NCBI GenBank assembly: GCA_965232885.1
Contig: CBDDQX010000002.1
Coordinates: forward strand, 13,993-77,992
Source: Dehalococcoidia bacterium
GTDB lineage: Bacteria; Chloroflexota; Dehalococcoidia; Lucifugimonadales; UBA3495
Direction of reading: 5' to 3'
DNA: 64,000 nt
The position numbers were made by a program, and so were the translations under genes. The first letter of the stretch is position 1. The number at the start of each line of letters is the position of its first letter. Shown here piece after piece: positions 1-9,113 of the stretch. The notes beneath the pieces were generated by a model. The model had not been told where the DNA came from. It did not search any database and saw only the letters and a list, made by a program, of their open reading frames with translations.

Positions 1-434
1 CCGGCGGTGGAGGAGATGTTGACGATGGACCCGCCGCCTGCCTCGCGCATGGCAGGGATGGCGGCCTTGGTGCCAAGAAACACTCCCTTGGCATTGATGT
101 CCATTATCCGGTCCCAGTCCTCCACCGTAGTATCCTCGATACCTTTGCGTATGAGGATGCCGGCGTTGTTGACTAGGGTGTCCAAGTGTCCGTAGGCGGA
201 GACGGCGGCGGAAACCGCGCCATTCCAGTCGTCTTCTCTGGTGACGTCGAGGTGAACGTAGGTAACGTCCAATCCGGCTTCAGCCAACTCGGCCTCGACT
301 TGGCGGCCCAAGTCGTCAAGAATGTCCCCGATTACGACCTTCGCGCCTTCCTGGGCCATCATCCTGGCTTCGACAGCCCCTTGGCCCCGCGCTCCGCCGC
401 TGATTAGGACTACTTTCCCGTCCAGTCTGCCCAT
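1..434 (-). CDS. Short-chain dehydrogenase/reductase (3-alpha,20-beta-HSD/glucose-1-dehydrogenase-like), truncated by the window edge
   Basis: Manual translation from ATG at 434: MGRLDGKVVLISGGARGQG...LVNNAGI...GSIVNISS (GxxxGxG and NNAG motifs). Absent from the ORF track because it runs off the edge. Confidence 0.9.
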   Translation of the reverse strand, partial: MGRLDGKVVLISGGARGQGAVEARMMAQEGAKVVIGDILDDLGRQVEAELAEAGLDVTYVHLDVTREDDWNGAVSAAVSAYGHLDTLVNNAGILIRKGIEDTTVEDWDRIMDINAKGVFLGTKAAIPAMREAGGGSIVNISSTA

Positions 435-465
435 ATTGAGATCCTTGCCGTTGCGATTGCTATTT

Positions 466-545
466 TTGTCTGAATCAGGATTTACCGGATCTGAGGATGG
501 TCAGGATTCCTTATTCTGAAAATTCTCGCATCCTGATTCAGACAA
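466..545. repeat. Palindromic REP-like element, family C (TCTGAATCAGGA...TCCTGATTCAGA)
   Basis: Perfect 16-bp inverted repeat ttgtctgaatcaggat (466-481) / atcctgattcagacaa (530-545). Related copies at 44552 and 47752. Confidence 0.8.
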
Positions 546-552
546 TCGCCTG

Positions 553-1956
553 CTACGCGAACTGGTATTCCTGGGTGGCTACGATGAGCTGGAGGGTCTG
601 GCCGACGCGGCGACCGTAGTCCTCGGTGCCGGCCTGCAACTGTCCGCCCTTTTCAACGTGATCAACCAGGTAGTCGCGGGTCTCATCAGGCAGTTGGTAG
701 GAACCCACCATGTCCAGGCAGCGGTCAACGAAGGCCTGCGGCTCAGTGACGCTCTCGGCGCCGAGACGCTCGATGATGGCGCGGATGCCGGGCAGGTCGG
801 TGTTGCCCACCTGGTCGGCGGCGAAGTTGATGCGCTCCACCAGTGTGCCGCTGTCAATCCACTCTGCGCCGGTGTGCCAGCCTTCCACCGTGGGCGGGTT
901 CAGCAGGTCCTGGCCCATGTAGCGGATTTCCATGGCGATGGGATGCAGGCCGGGCTTGGGGTGTGTGAAGTCCTGCACCAGGCGCATGGTTCCGGCCACG
1001 GTCTCCGCCGGGCTCTTGACCTTGGCGAAGCGGGCGTTCTTGAAGAAGTCCGAGTTGAACAGCGTCCGCAGCATAGCGGTGAGATTGTAGTTGGACTCGA
1101 AGTAAGCGTCTTCCAGCAACTTGATGGCTTCGGGGTCGCGCGGCGGCGTCTCCTGCCATGCCGGAACTTGCGGCTCGTCGGCCACGAAGTAGTTGTACAG
1201 GTGACGGGCGACGAAGCGGGCGGTCGCCGGCTGCCGGGCGATGATGTCAATAATCTCTTCGCCGTTGAGGTTGCCGGTCTCGCCGAGGAACGTCTTTTCG
1301 TCTTCGTCGTGGTCGGCGGGGTTGAAGACGAACTGGGAGGCGTAGCGCCCATACGGATAACGAGGGATGGCGTTGGTGATGGTCCAGCCAGTGAAGGCGC
1401 GGGCCGCTTCCTTGACGTCATCCTCCGAGTAGTTGGCGTGGCCGTCCATACCGACGCCCATGGAGAAGAGCTCAAGAAGCTCGCGGCCCCAGTTCTCGTT
1501 GATGGCGTCCTTGTGGCTCATGCAGTTGTCCAGGTAGAACACCATCGCCGGGTCGCGGGACAGCTCCAGAAGCAGGTTGCGCATACTGCCCATGCCCAAG
1601 GCGCGGAACATATCCAACTGGTCCTGAATCTGGCGGCCATGCTCGCACTTGGAGTTGCCAGTGCAGAAGATACCGTGCCAGAACAGGGTCACCTTTTCCT
1701 GAAGAGGCCGCTGGGTGTTGATCATCCGGTAGGTCAGATACGCCTGGTTAACTTCCAGTGCGTTCATTTCCTTCCAGTCTACGAAGTATCGCTCGAGAAG
1801 GTGGCGGTCCAGGTCAGGCTGCTCCATGGGAGAGAGGAGCTCTTCGACGGTGGCTTCGTAGCCATTGGCCGCCCGCCGCTCGATTTCCTCATAAGTGGCG
1901 CCAAAGCCGGCGCGCCGCATAAGGTGAGCCATAAGCTCAATATCTTGGTTGGCCAT
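553..1956 (-). CDS. DUF1800 family protein
   Basis: AHLMRRAGFGA, LQEKVTLFWH, YLDN, NENWGRELLELFSMG, AARAFTGW, PPTVEGW motifs. Start at 1956 follows a GGAG SD. Confidence 0.88.
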   Translation of the reverse strand: MANQDIELMAHLMRRAGFGATYEEIERRAANGYEATVEELLSPMEQPDLDRHLLERYFVDWKEMNALEVNQAYLTYRMINTQRPLQEKVTLFWHGIFCTGNSKCEHGRQIQDQLDMFRALGMGSMRNLLLELSRDPAMVFYLDNCMSHKDAINENWGRELLELFSMGVGMDGHANYSEDDVKEAARAFTGWTITNAIPRYPYGRYASQFVFNPADHDEDEKTFLGETGNLNGEEIIDIIARQPATARFVARHLYNYFVADEPQVPAWQETPPRDPEAIKLLEDAYFESNYNLTAMLRTLFNSDFFKNARFAKVKSPAETVAGTMRLVQDFTHPKPGLHPIAMEIRYMGQDLLNPPTVEGWHTGAEWIDSGTLVERINFAADQVGNTDLPGIRAIIERLGAESVTEPQAFVDRCLDMVGSYQLPDETRDYLVDHVEKGGQLQAGTEDYGRRVGQTLQLIVATQEYQFA

Positions 1957-2184
1957 GAATGCCTCTCCTGCCTTGAAGTCTGGCCGGTACGGGATTCCGG
2001 ATGCAGATCGGGAGTGAGGTGCTACCACATTTTGTAGGCTGATTATATTGATTCCTAAGTAAGATTGTCTATGCCTTTGAACCAAACCCGCCTGAGGGGG
2101 TTGGTAAGCCTGCGCCAATAAGCCAGCGACCGCAGAGTGGTTTCTCTCTGCGGTCTCTTGCATAAAATGCAGAGCTTGCTCTGT

Positions 2185-2601
2185 CTACCCTCGTCCGAAA
2201 CGCCGCCGGTGCTGGCGGAGGGCGCAGTCGTTCATTATCACGGGAATGCCGGCGGCCTCCGCCTTGTCCTTGGCTTCCTCGTTTATGACCCCGTCCTGCA
2301 TCCAGATGTAGCGAGCGCCGACTTCGATAGCTTCGTCCACCACCGGCGGCACCTGGTCGGAGCGGCGGAACACGTCCACCATGTCTATCGGTTCAGGCAC
2401 CGACTTGAGGTCGGGGTAGCTCTTCTCTCCCAGCGCTTCCTCAATCACCGGGTTCACCGGGATGATCCGGTATCCCTGGCTTTGCAGATAGCTTGCCACG
2501 CGGTGGCTGTCGCGCTCCGGATTGTTGGACAGCCCTACCACCGCTATGGTCTTGCTGTTGCGCAGTTGTTCATCCACGAGGTCAATGTAGTTGCTGGACA
2601 T
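2185..2601 (-). CDS. CoA-binding protein (YccU-like)
   Basis: IAVVGLSNNPERDS, IIPVNP, DMVDVFR, IWMQDG motifs; 138 aa. Confidence 0.9.
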   Translation of the reverse strand: MSSNYIDLVDEQLRNSKTIAVVGLSNNPERDSHRVASYLQSQGYRIIPVNPVIEEALGEKSYPDLKSVPEPIDMVDVFRRSDQVPPVVDEAIEVGARYIWMQDGVINEEAKDKAEAAGIPVIMNDCALRQHRRRFGRG

Positions 2602-2641
2602 TTCGCCCTCCTGTGTCTTGACATTTCTGCGAAAGGGGACG

Positions 2642-2676
2642 CCCCCACCCTAACCCTCCCCCGGAGGGAGAGGGGA
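2642..2676. repeat. REP-like hairpin, family A (CCC[T]CACCCTAACCCTC[T]CCC-loop-GGGAGAGGG)
   Basis: Similar copies near 19521, 20881, 23393, 34106, 37901, 43448, 43571, 57350 and a degenerate one at about 59829. Confidence 0.85.
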
Positions 2677-2678
2677 TT

Positions 2679-3608
2679 TTAGTCCCAGGACTTGCTCGAA
2701 ACGTAGCGGTAGGCGGCGATGGCGGCGGTCGCGCCGTCGCCTGCCGCCGACACCAGTTGCGACGAGGAGCGCTGGCGTATGTCTCCCACGGCGTACACTC
2801 CCGGAACCGCCGTTTCCATCGAAACGTTGACCGGAATGTGTCCACCGCCGTCGGTCTGCAATACACCCTGGGTGAAACCGGCGTTGGGGGTCAGGCCAAC
2901 GTAGACGAAAAGGCCCGAAAGCTCCCGGACATCCCGATCCCCGGTCGTCAGGTTGGTGGTTCGGACGCCCGAGACGGTGTTCTCTCCCAGGACTTCATCA
3001 ATGACCGTGTTCCAGACCACCTCGATTTTGGGTTCCGCGAGAACCCGGTCAACCAGACTCTGCTGGGCACGGAACTCGTCACGGCGGTGGAAGAGCAACA
3101 CCCGGTCGGCGTACTGCGACAGAACCAGGGCCTCGTCAGTGGCCGAGTCCCCGCCGCCGGCCACGCCCACGATCTCGCCGCTATAAAGGGGGCCGTCGCA
3201 GGTGGCGCATTGCGAGACGCCCCGGCCCATAAACTCCTCTTCCCCTGGGACGCCCAGCAGCCGGAGCGTGGAACCGGCTGCGATGATTACGGACTTGGCC
3301 CGAAATTCTCCAGCGTCGCTGTCTACCAGGCGGTAGTCTCCATGCTCGGAGATGCCGGAGACCTCGCCCATGACAAACTCGGCGCCTGCATTCATCGCCT
3401 GTTCCTGGGTCATGGCGGCCAAGTCAGCGCCCATGATGCCTTCGGGGAAACCGGGATAGTTCTCGACTTTTTCCACGTTGATAATTGAGGCGCCGCCCAT
3501 CATGCGCTCGACGACGCCAACGCTAAGTCCGTGGCGCGCCGCGTACATGCCGGCTGTCATTCCCGCCAGGCCCCCGCCGATTACCAGAACGTCGTATTCA
3601 CTCGCCAT
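2679..3608 (-). CDS. trxB: Thioredoxin reductase family FAD/NAD(P)H oxidoreductase
   Basis: GGGLAG FAD motif, ENYPGF, GVSQCATCDG (CxxC), GGGDSA, PGVYAVGD. Confidence 0.85.
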   Translation of the reverse strand: MASEYDVLVIGGGLAGMTAGMYAARHGLSVGVVERMMGGASIINVEKVENYPGFPEGIMGADLAAMTQEQAMNAGAEFVMGEVSGISEHGDYRLVDSDAGEFRAKSVIIAAGSTLRLLGVPGEEEFMGRGVSQCATCDGPLYSGEIVGVAGGGDSATDEALVLSQYADRVLLFHRRDEFRAQQSLVDRVLAEPKIEVVWNTVIDEVLGENTVSGVRTTNLTTGDRDVRELSGLFVYVGLTPNAGFTQGVLQTDGGGHIPVNVSMETAVPGVYAVGDIRQRSSSQLVSAAGDGATAAIAAYRYVSSKSWD

Positions 3609-3674
3609 GCCATCTGCTCCGATAATGATTGCCCCGAAGCCCGCGGTGGCAAGACTTCGTTATGCTGGATGACA

Positions 3675-4598
3675 TCATATCAGGCTTTGGCTCTTGAGAA
3701 AGTCAAGGGTGATATCCAGGCATTTCCCCGGTTGTTCCAGTTGGAGGAAGTGAGTTGTTCCCGGCAGAAAGTCGTAGTTGATCCCGATAAGTTCACTCAG
3801 GTCCATGGTGGGCATGAAGGAGTAAGGCTGGGTAGGGTCGGCGCCGACGATTTTCACCGGGCAGGAAACCTTCTGCAAATCTACCCGCATGGCCCATCCG
3901 AACAGGTACTCGTAGACCTGCGCCTCATGCTCTCTGGGGCAACAAAGTTCGTACCCTGCTTCCCCGGCAGCGGGGCGAAGGGTGGTCTGAGCCAAGAGTT
4001 CGGTCACGCCCGGCGCCAGCCCTTGGAATGCCGGCGCATTGCTGAGGCGGCCAGCGAATTCTTCCTTGGTCTCAAACCGGGCGCACCTGCGGCGGGCCTG
4101 TGCGCTCATGGTTTCGCCCATCTCCACCAAGTCCTCCGGCTTTCCTCCCGGTGGCTGGATTGGCACGTCGAACAGCACCAGAGCCGAGAATCCCTTCCAC
4201 GTTTCTTCATGAAGGAGAGCAACCAGGCCGGACAGGGAATGAAACACGCCGATGACGGGCTCTTCACCGTAAGTCTCGCCAATGGCTCGAAGCACCCTTT
4301 CGCAGTCCTGCACGAAAGTGGGTATATTCTGGCTTCGCAGAGCCCCGGGATGGTTCCAGCCATGGCTGCGCAGGTCATAAAGGAACAAGTCGAATCCGGC
4401 AGACAAGGGAGACCAGAATGGGAGATAGGCATCGGCTGCCATGCCGCAACCGTGGCTCAGGAGAATTCGCGGGCCTGTGGGGTTGCCATGCCTTCGGACA
4501 TACACATACGCCCCGCCGTCCACAGGCACTTCAAGAACAGCAGCAGGTTCGGGCAGTTCCCAAACAGGGGATATCGGTTCTGATAGCTTTTCATCCAC
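3675..4598 (-). CDS. Alpha/beta hydrolase
   Basis: LSHGCG oxyanion loop, YDLRSHG, FHSLSG nucleophile elbow, C-terminal THFLQLEQP. Confidence 0.8.
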   Translation of the reverse strand: MDEKLSEPISPVWELPEPAAVLEVPVDGGAYVYVRRHGNPTGPRILLSHGCGMAADAYLPFWSPLSAGFDLFLYDLRSHGWNHPGALRSQNIPTFVQDCERVLRAIGETYGEEPVIGVFHSLSGLVALLHEETWKGFSALVLFDVPIQPPGGKPEDLVEMGETMSAQARRRCARFETKEEFAGRLSNAPAFQGLAPGVTELLAQTTLRPAAGEAGYELCCPREHEAQVYEYLFGWAMRVDLQKVSCPVKIVGADPTQPYSFMPTMDLSELIGINYDFLPGTTHFLQLEQPGKCLDITLDFLKSQSLI

Positions 4599-5084
4599 CA
4601 GAAAACCCCAGTCGCCTGTTCGGTATCTCGTAATTAGAGAATGACCGACGGCCTGGTTAGATGAGAAACCTCATAGTACGGTCAACAGATTAGGTCAACA
4701 GAATTGTAATCTGATGGAAAATCGTCATCAATAACTAATCAATAGCCGATTATTGTTCATATAATAACGATATGCGTATAATTTACTGATATAATATATA
4801 CTAAACTACTATATATTACAGAAGATATACTCAGTTCGTTCAGTCCAGAACGAGATGCTGGCAGTAGAATCCGGCAGATTTTTCGGAAATTTGGGAATAA
4901 TTCACGCAACTTCTGTGCCGTTGGCGCCTATATTCCCCAGTTGCGACGAGTTTCGTTGACAGGGTAAGTGGGTAATCGTAGACTAGCTTCCAAGTCCTGA
5001 AACTCAATGCCCCGGTAGTTTCCCTCCGCAAGCCATTCTGCCGGAAAACTGCTTCACCGGAAAACTGTTTCAATGGAGTGTTCC

Positions 5085-6329
5085 ATGCCGTCGTTAGCTG
5101 ACCTTGACCCACAGGTTGCCGCAGCGCTTGAAGGCGAGGACCGCCGACAGCGTGATTCCATCGTCCTGATAGCGTCGGAAAACTACGCCAGCAAAGCGGT
5201 ACTGGCCTCCGGTTCCAGTGTCATCAGCAACAAGTACGCGGAGGGCTATCCGGGCCGGCGTTACTATGGCGGCTGCGAATTTGGGGACGTGGTTGAGAGT
5301 CTGGCTATCGAGAGGGCCAAAGAGCTGTTCGGAGCGGAACACGCCAACGTACAGCCCCACAGCGGAGCGCAGGCCAACATGGCGGTCTACTTCGCGCTGC
5401 TGGAACCGGGCGATACTGTCATGGGGATGCAGTTGGACCACGGCGGCCACCTGACCCATGGCGCCAAGGTCAACTTCTCTGGCAAGCTCTATAATTTCGT
5501 TTCCTACGGCGTTGACCGGGAAACCGAGACGATAGACTTCGACGAGGTGGAGAGGCTGGCCCAGGAACACAGGCCCAAGATTATCGTCGCCGGATACAGC
5601 GCCTATCCTCGCGTCATTGACTTCCCCCGCTTCCGTGCTATTGCAGACAGCGCGGGAGCGTACCTGATGGTGGACATGGCCCATATCTCCGGCCTGATTG
5701 CGGGCGGGGCGCATCCTTCTCCGCTGCCCCACGCCCAGATCGTGACTTCCACCACACAGAAGAGCCTGCGCGGGCCGCGCGGCGGTTTCATCATGTGTAC
5801 CGAGGAACTGGCCAAAGACATAGACTTCGCCGTCTTCCCGGTGATGCAGGGCGGGCCGATGATGCACACAATCGCCGGCAAGGCGGTCTGCTTCGGACAG
5901 GCTCTCAAGCCAGACTTTTCCCGCTATGCCCACCAGGTTGTCGAGAATTGCCAGGTACTGGCGTCGGAGCTGTCCGAGGCCGGTATGCGGCTCGTGTCGG
6001 GCGGCACCGACAACCATCTCATACTGGTTGACGTAACTCCGCTGGGCATCACTGGACGACAGGCAGAGCGGGCCCTTGAGAGCGTGGGCGTCATAGCCAA
6101 CAAGAACGCCATACCCTACGACCCCCGCCCGCCCCGCGTAACCAGCGGTCTGCGCCTGGGCACACCCGCCATTACCAGCCGGGGCATGGGCGCCGAGGAA
6201 ACAGGCCGCGTGGCCTCAATGGTGGCTCGAGTCCTGACCAACATCGAAGACACGCAATTGCATCAACAGGTAGCCTCCGAGGTCCGCGAGTTGACTGCCG
6301 GGTTCCCGGTGCCGGGCATTGATGACTAG
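5085..6329 (+). CDS. glyA: Serine hydroxymethyltransferase
   Basis: [44 protein letters not shown] at 5085 follows GGAG. Confidence 0.97.
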   Translation: MPSLADLDPQVAAALEGEDRRQRDSIVLIASENYASKAVLASGSSVISNKYAEGYPGRRYYGGCEFGDVVESLAIERAKELFGAEHANVQPHSGAQANMAVYFALLEPGDTVMGMQLDHGGHLTHGAKVNFSGKLYNFVSYGVDRETETIDFDEVERLAQEHRPKIIVAGYSAYPRVIDFPRFRAIADSAGAYLMVDMAHISGLIAGGAHPSPLPHAQIVTSTTQKSLRGPRGGFIMCTEELAKDIDFAVFPVMQGGPMMHTIAGKAVCFGQALKPDFSRYAHQVVENCQVLASELSEAGMRLVSGGTDNHLILVDVTPLGITGRQAERALESVGVIANKNAIPYDPRPPRVTSGLRLGTPAITSRGMGAEETGRVASMVARVLTNIEDTQLHQQVASEVRELTAGFPVPGIDD

Positions 6330-6336
6330 CGGCTAG

Positions 6337-6365
6337 TTGAGAGTGGCCGGGGCTGATGTTATAAT
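6337..6365 (+). promoter_or_regulatory. Sigma70-type promoter of rpsF-ssb-rpsR
   Basis: TTGAGA-17 nt-TATAAT with TGn extended -10. Confidence 0.75.
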
Positions 6366-6398
6366 TCGCCCACTACTTTGCCGATATTAGGGGTACTC

Positions 6399-7010
6399 TT
6401 GCGTCACTACGAACTTGTCGTTGTTCTCAGCCCGATGATCAGTCCCGACCAAGCCGGTCAGGCTTGGGAGCGTATCAAGGGTTTCATCACCAATCGCGAA
6501 GCCGAAATCGTTCACGAAGAACGCTGGGGAACCAGACGGCTGGCCTATCCGGTAAAGAAGGGCCAGTACCAGTTTCTGGAAGGCAATTATCACCTGACCC
6601 GGTTCGCCACCGACCAGTCCTTCAACCGCGAGTTGGAGAACTACCTGAAGCTGGACGATCAGGTATTGCGCTCGCTGGTGACGGTCACGCTGACCGAAGA
6701 AGAGCTGGCTGCCCACGCGGCGCAGACTCGCGCTCCCCGTCCTCCGCGTCCGCCCGCAGGCGCGCCGCCTGCCGGTGGCCCTGCCGGGACAGCGCCGCCT
6801 GCCGGGGCAGCCCCCGCTGCGGCTGCTACTGCCGCCCCGCCCGCAGCCGGAGACGCCCCTGCGCCTGCTGCAGAAGCGCCCGCCGCTCCGCCGCCGGATG
6901 CTCCGGCCCCGGCTGCCGCTGAGGCTCCACCGTCCGAAGTCCCTGCAGAAGCGCCCGCCGCCGAAGCCGCGCCGCCCGCCGACCCCCAGCCGGAACAGCC
7001 GTCAGAGTAA
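6399..7010 (+). CDS. rpsF: 30S ribosomal protein S6 with long Ala/Pro-rich C-terminal extension
   Basis: RHYELVVVLSP, WGTRRLAYPVKK, VLRSLV. Synteny rpsF-ssb-rpsR. TTG start after AGGGG. Confidence 0.93.
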   Translation: MRHYELVVVLSPMISPDQAGQAWERIKGFITNREAEIVHEERWGTRRLAYPVKKGQYQFLEGNYHLTRFATDQSFNRELENYLKLDDQVLRSLVTVTLTEEELAAHAAQTRAPRPPRPPAGAPPAGGPAGTAPPAGAAPAAAATAAPPAAGDAPAPAAEAPAAPPPDAPAPAAAEAPPSEVPAEAPAAEAAPPADPQPEQPSE

Positions 7011-7021
7011 CGGGGTTAGCC

Positions 7022-7453
7022 GTGAACAAGATTATCGTCATTGGTAATGTTGGCCGAGATCCGGAAATGCGCTATACAGCCAACGGCCAGTCGATCACTT
7101 CATTCAGTGTTGCCTCCAACCGCCGTTACCGAACGGCAGACGGCGAGCAGCGAGAAGAAACTGAGTGGTTTAACGTCAGTGCTTTCGGCAGGTTGGCTGA
7201 CATTTGCAACCAGTACTTGACCAGAGGCCGCCAAGTGTACGTAGAAGGCCGTTTGCGTAGCCGTAGCTATACCAGCCAGGATGGGCAGTCTCGTTATTCA
7301 CTCGACATAATGCTCACCGAAATGCAGATGCTCGGGGGGCGCGGGGATAATGAAGGCGGTGGTTACGGTGACCGTGGCGGATATAGCGGCGGTCAGGGCG
7401 GAGGCGGAGGCAATGAGCCGACTTGGGACGAAACCGACGACCTGCCCTTCTAG
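7022..7453 (+). CDS. ssb: Single-stranded DNA-binding protein
   Basis: NKIIVIGNVGRDPE, VYVEGRL, C-terminal DDLPF. Confidence 0.97.
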   Translation: MNKIIVIGNVGRDPEMRYTANGQSITSFSVASNRRYRTADGEQREETEWFNVSAFGRLADICNQYLTRGRQVYVEGRLRSRSYTSQDGQSRYSLDIMLTEMQMLGGRGDNEGGGYGDRGGYSGGQGGGGGNEPTWDETDDLPF

Positions 7454-7498
7454 CAGCGTTATTCAGACAACCGGAAAGTTCGGAAGGAAACGAAAGGT

Positions 7499-7873
7499 AT
7501 GACAACCGAAGCAACCAACAGGCCGCCTGATGGACCACAAGGTGGACGCCCCCCGGGAGGCCCAGGCGGACGCCCCCCCGGAGGCCCGGGCGGCGGCAGA
7601 CCGGGTGGACGCCCGGGTGGACGCCCGCGAGGGCGGTTCGTGCCTCGGCGCCGGGTTTGCACTTTCTGCGTCGAGCACATCAAGATTATTGACTACAAGG
7701 ACATCGAGAAAATCCGGCGGTTCGTTTCCGACCGGGCCAAGATTGAGCCGCGCCGCCGTACCGGGGTCTGCGCCAAACACCAGAGGGCCTTGCGCGTGGC
7801 AATCCAGCGCGCCCGCCATATCGCGCTGATTCCCTTTGTCGCCCATCACTCCTTCCCCAGCGCCCGCCGCTGA
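7499..7873 (+). CDS. rpsR: 30S ribosomal protein S18 (Zn-binding type) with GGRP-repeat N-terminal extension
   Basis: CTFC...IDYKD...[12 protein letters not shown]...ARHIALIPF. Confidence 0.95.
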   Translation: MTTEATNRPPDGPQGGRPPGGPGGRPPGGPGGGRPGGRPGGRPRGRFVPRRRVCTFCVEHIKIIDYKDIEKIRRFVSDRAKIEPRRRTGVCAKHQRALRVAIQRARHIALIPFVAHHSFPSARR

Positions 7874-7930
7874 CGCTCGTGTTCAGAATTCGGATGCGCA
7901 GCGCCCGAAATTGTTCGTCGAGAATGAGCT

Positions 7931-9100
7931 ATGGCCCTCGCCCGATTAAGCGGCCGCTTTAGGGACGCGCCGGGCCGGGCCGGGCGCCGCCGTCAGATGC
8001 GCTCGCGCTCCGGCGATGAACCGGATGCCGATGCGCCCACTCCGTCCGAGCGGAGAGAGCGGCGTCGGCTGTACTGGTCCATCGGGATCGGCGCATTTCT
8101 CTTGGCTGTGATCTTCGGTGTTGTGATTTTTGGATACTACCGCGAATTCTATAGCCCTCCGCGGGTATGGGCTGGCAGTGTCAACAATGTTGAGTTCACC
8201 ATGGGCGACCTGGTCCAGCGCATCCGCGTACTCCAGGGCGTTAACCGCTATCAAGGTGGCAGGGTAGACCTCAGCAGAGTCCCCTTTGAGTATCTGCAAA
8301 ACCTGATAAACGCGGAAATTCTGCGCCAGAGAGCGCCTGAACTGGGTATCAGGCCCACTGAAGAGATAATTGAATCCGCTCTGCGCCGACAGTTTCAACC
8401 CATTGCTGACGAAAGGCAGGAATCGGACCCAGGCCAGTTGGAGAGCGAGTTTCGGAACAATTACCAGACTTTCCTCACAGCTACAGGACTTACCGATTCG
8501 GAATACCGCGTTATACTTGAAGAGGATTTGACCCGCGCCGGATTGTCCGCAATGCTCGCCCAAGAGATCGAAAGCCCGCAGGAACAGGTGGAAGTTCGCT
8601 GGATTCGTCTTCCCATTGATCCCAACGAAGCCGGGGCCAGCGACCTGCTGCCGGACCAGGTTGCCAAGCGCCTGGAGGTTGAGGACTTCGCCACCGTTGC
8701 CCGGGAAGTCTCGCGTTCTGCGGGATATTCAGACCAGTTGGGTTATGTGGGGTGGGTACCAAAGGGAGCATTCCCTGAATTGGACCCAATACTGTACGGC
8801 AATGCTGAAGAAGGGAAGGTCGCTCTGACCCCTGGAGAGACGAGCGCCCCTGAATACGTGGAAGACGGCATCTACATTGTCGAAAAGCTGTCCGGGCCGG
8901 AGTCGCGGGAATTGAGCGACCGGATTGGACTCAAGCTCGCTCTGGAGCTGACCCAGAAGTGGCAGGACGAAGCGTTACAGGAAGGAACTTCTGGCGGAAC
9001 GGTGAAGATGAATTTCAACAGCAGGCTCTATGACTGGGTCGCGGATCAGGTATCCATAACCGCCCCGCGTGTTCCGGTCACCGGCCCGGCAGGACAGTAG
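7931..9100 (+). CDS. Membrane-anchored SurA/PpiD/PrsA-like chaperone
   Basis: N-terminal TM helix, SurA-N-like LQNLINAEILRQRAPELGI, parvulin-like DFATVAREVS...GYVGWVPKG. Confidence 0.65.
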   Translation: MALARLSGRFRDAPGRAGRRRQMRSRSGDEPDADAPTPSERRERRRLYWSIGIGAFLLAVIFGVVIFGYYREFYSPPRVWAGSVNNVEFTMGDLVQRIRVLQGVNRYQGGRVDLSRVPFEYLQNLINAEILRQRAPELGIRPTEEIIESALRRQFQPIADERQESDPGQLESEFRNNYQTFLTATGLTDSEYRVILEEDLTRAGLSAMLAQEIESPQEQVEVRWIRLPIDPNEAGASDLLPDQVAKRLEVEDFATVAREVSRSAGYSDQLGYVGWVPKGAFPELDPILYGNAEEGKVALTPGETSAPEYVEDGIYIVEKLSGPESRELSDRIGLKLALELTQKWQDEALQEGTSGGTVKMNFNSRLYDWVADQVSITAPRVPVTGPAGQ

Positions 9101-9113
9101 AGACGGTGCGACA

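Noticed and set aside
658-2037. 459-aa plus-strand ORF and many other long antisense ORFs (e.g. 5094-6017, 23671-24525, 45024-46280)
   Set aside because: Shadow frames of well-supported genes on the opposite strand in GC-rich DNA; no recognisable motifs.
553-2163. Extended N-termini in the ORF track (2163 here; also 25797, 27421, 28229, 46775, 55605, 59539)
   Set aside because: They overlap neighbouring genes or promoters; downstream starts with SD sequences match the domain boundaries.
4700-4840. Possible replication origin
   Set aside because: No TTATCCACA-like boxes seen and no dnaA/dnaN nearby.
4850-5084. ZTP or THF riboswitch upstream of glyA
   Set aside because: Consensus elements could not be recognised by eye.
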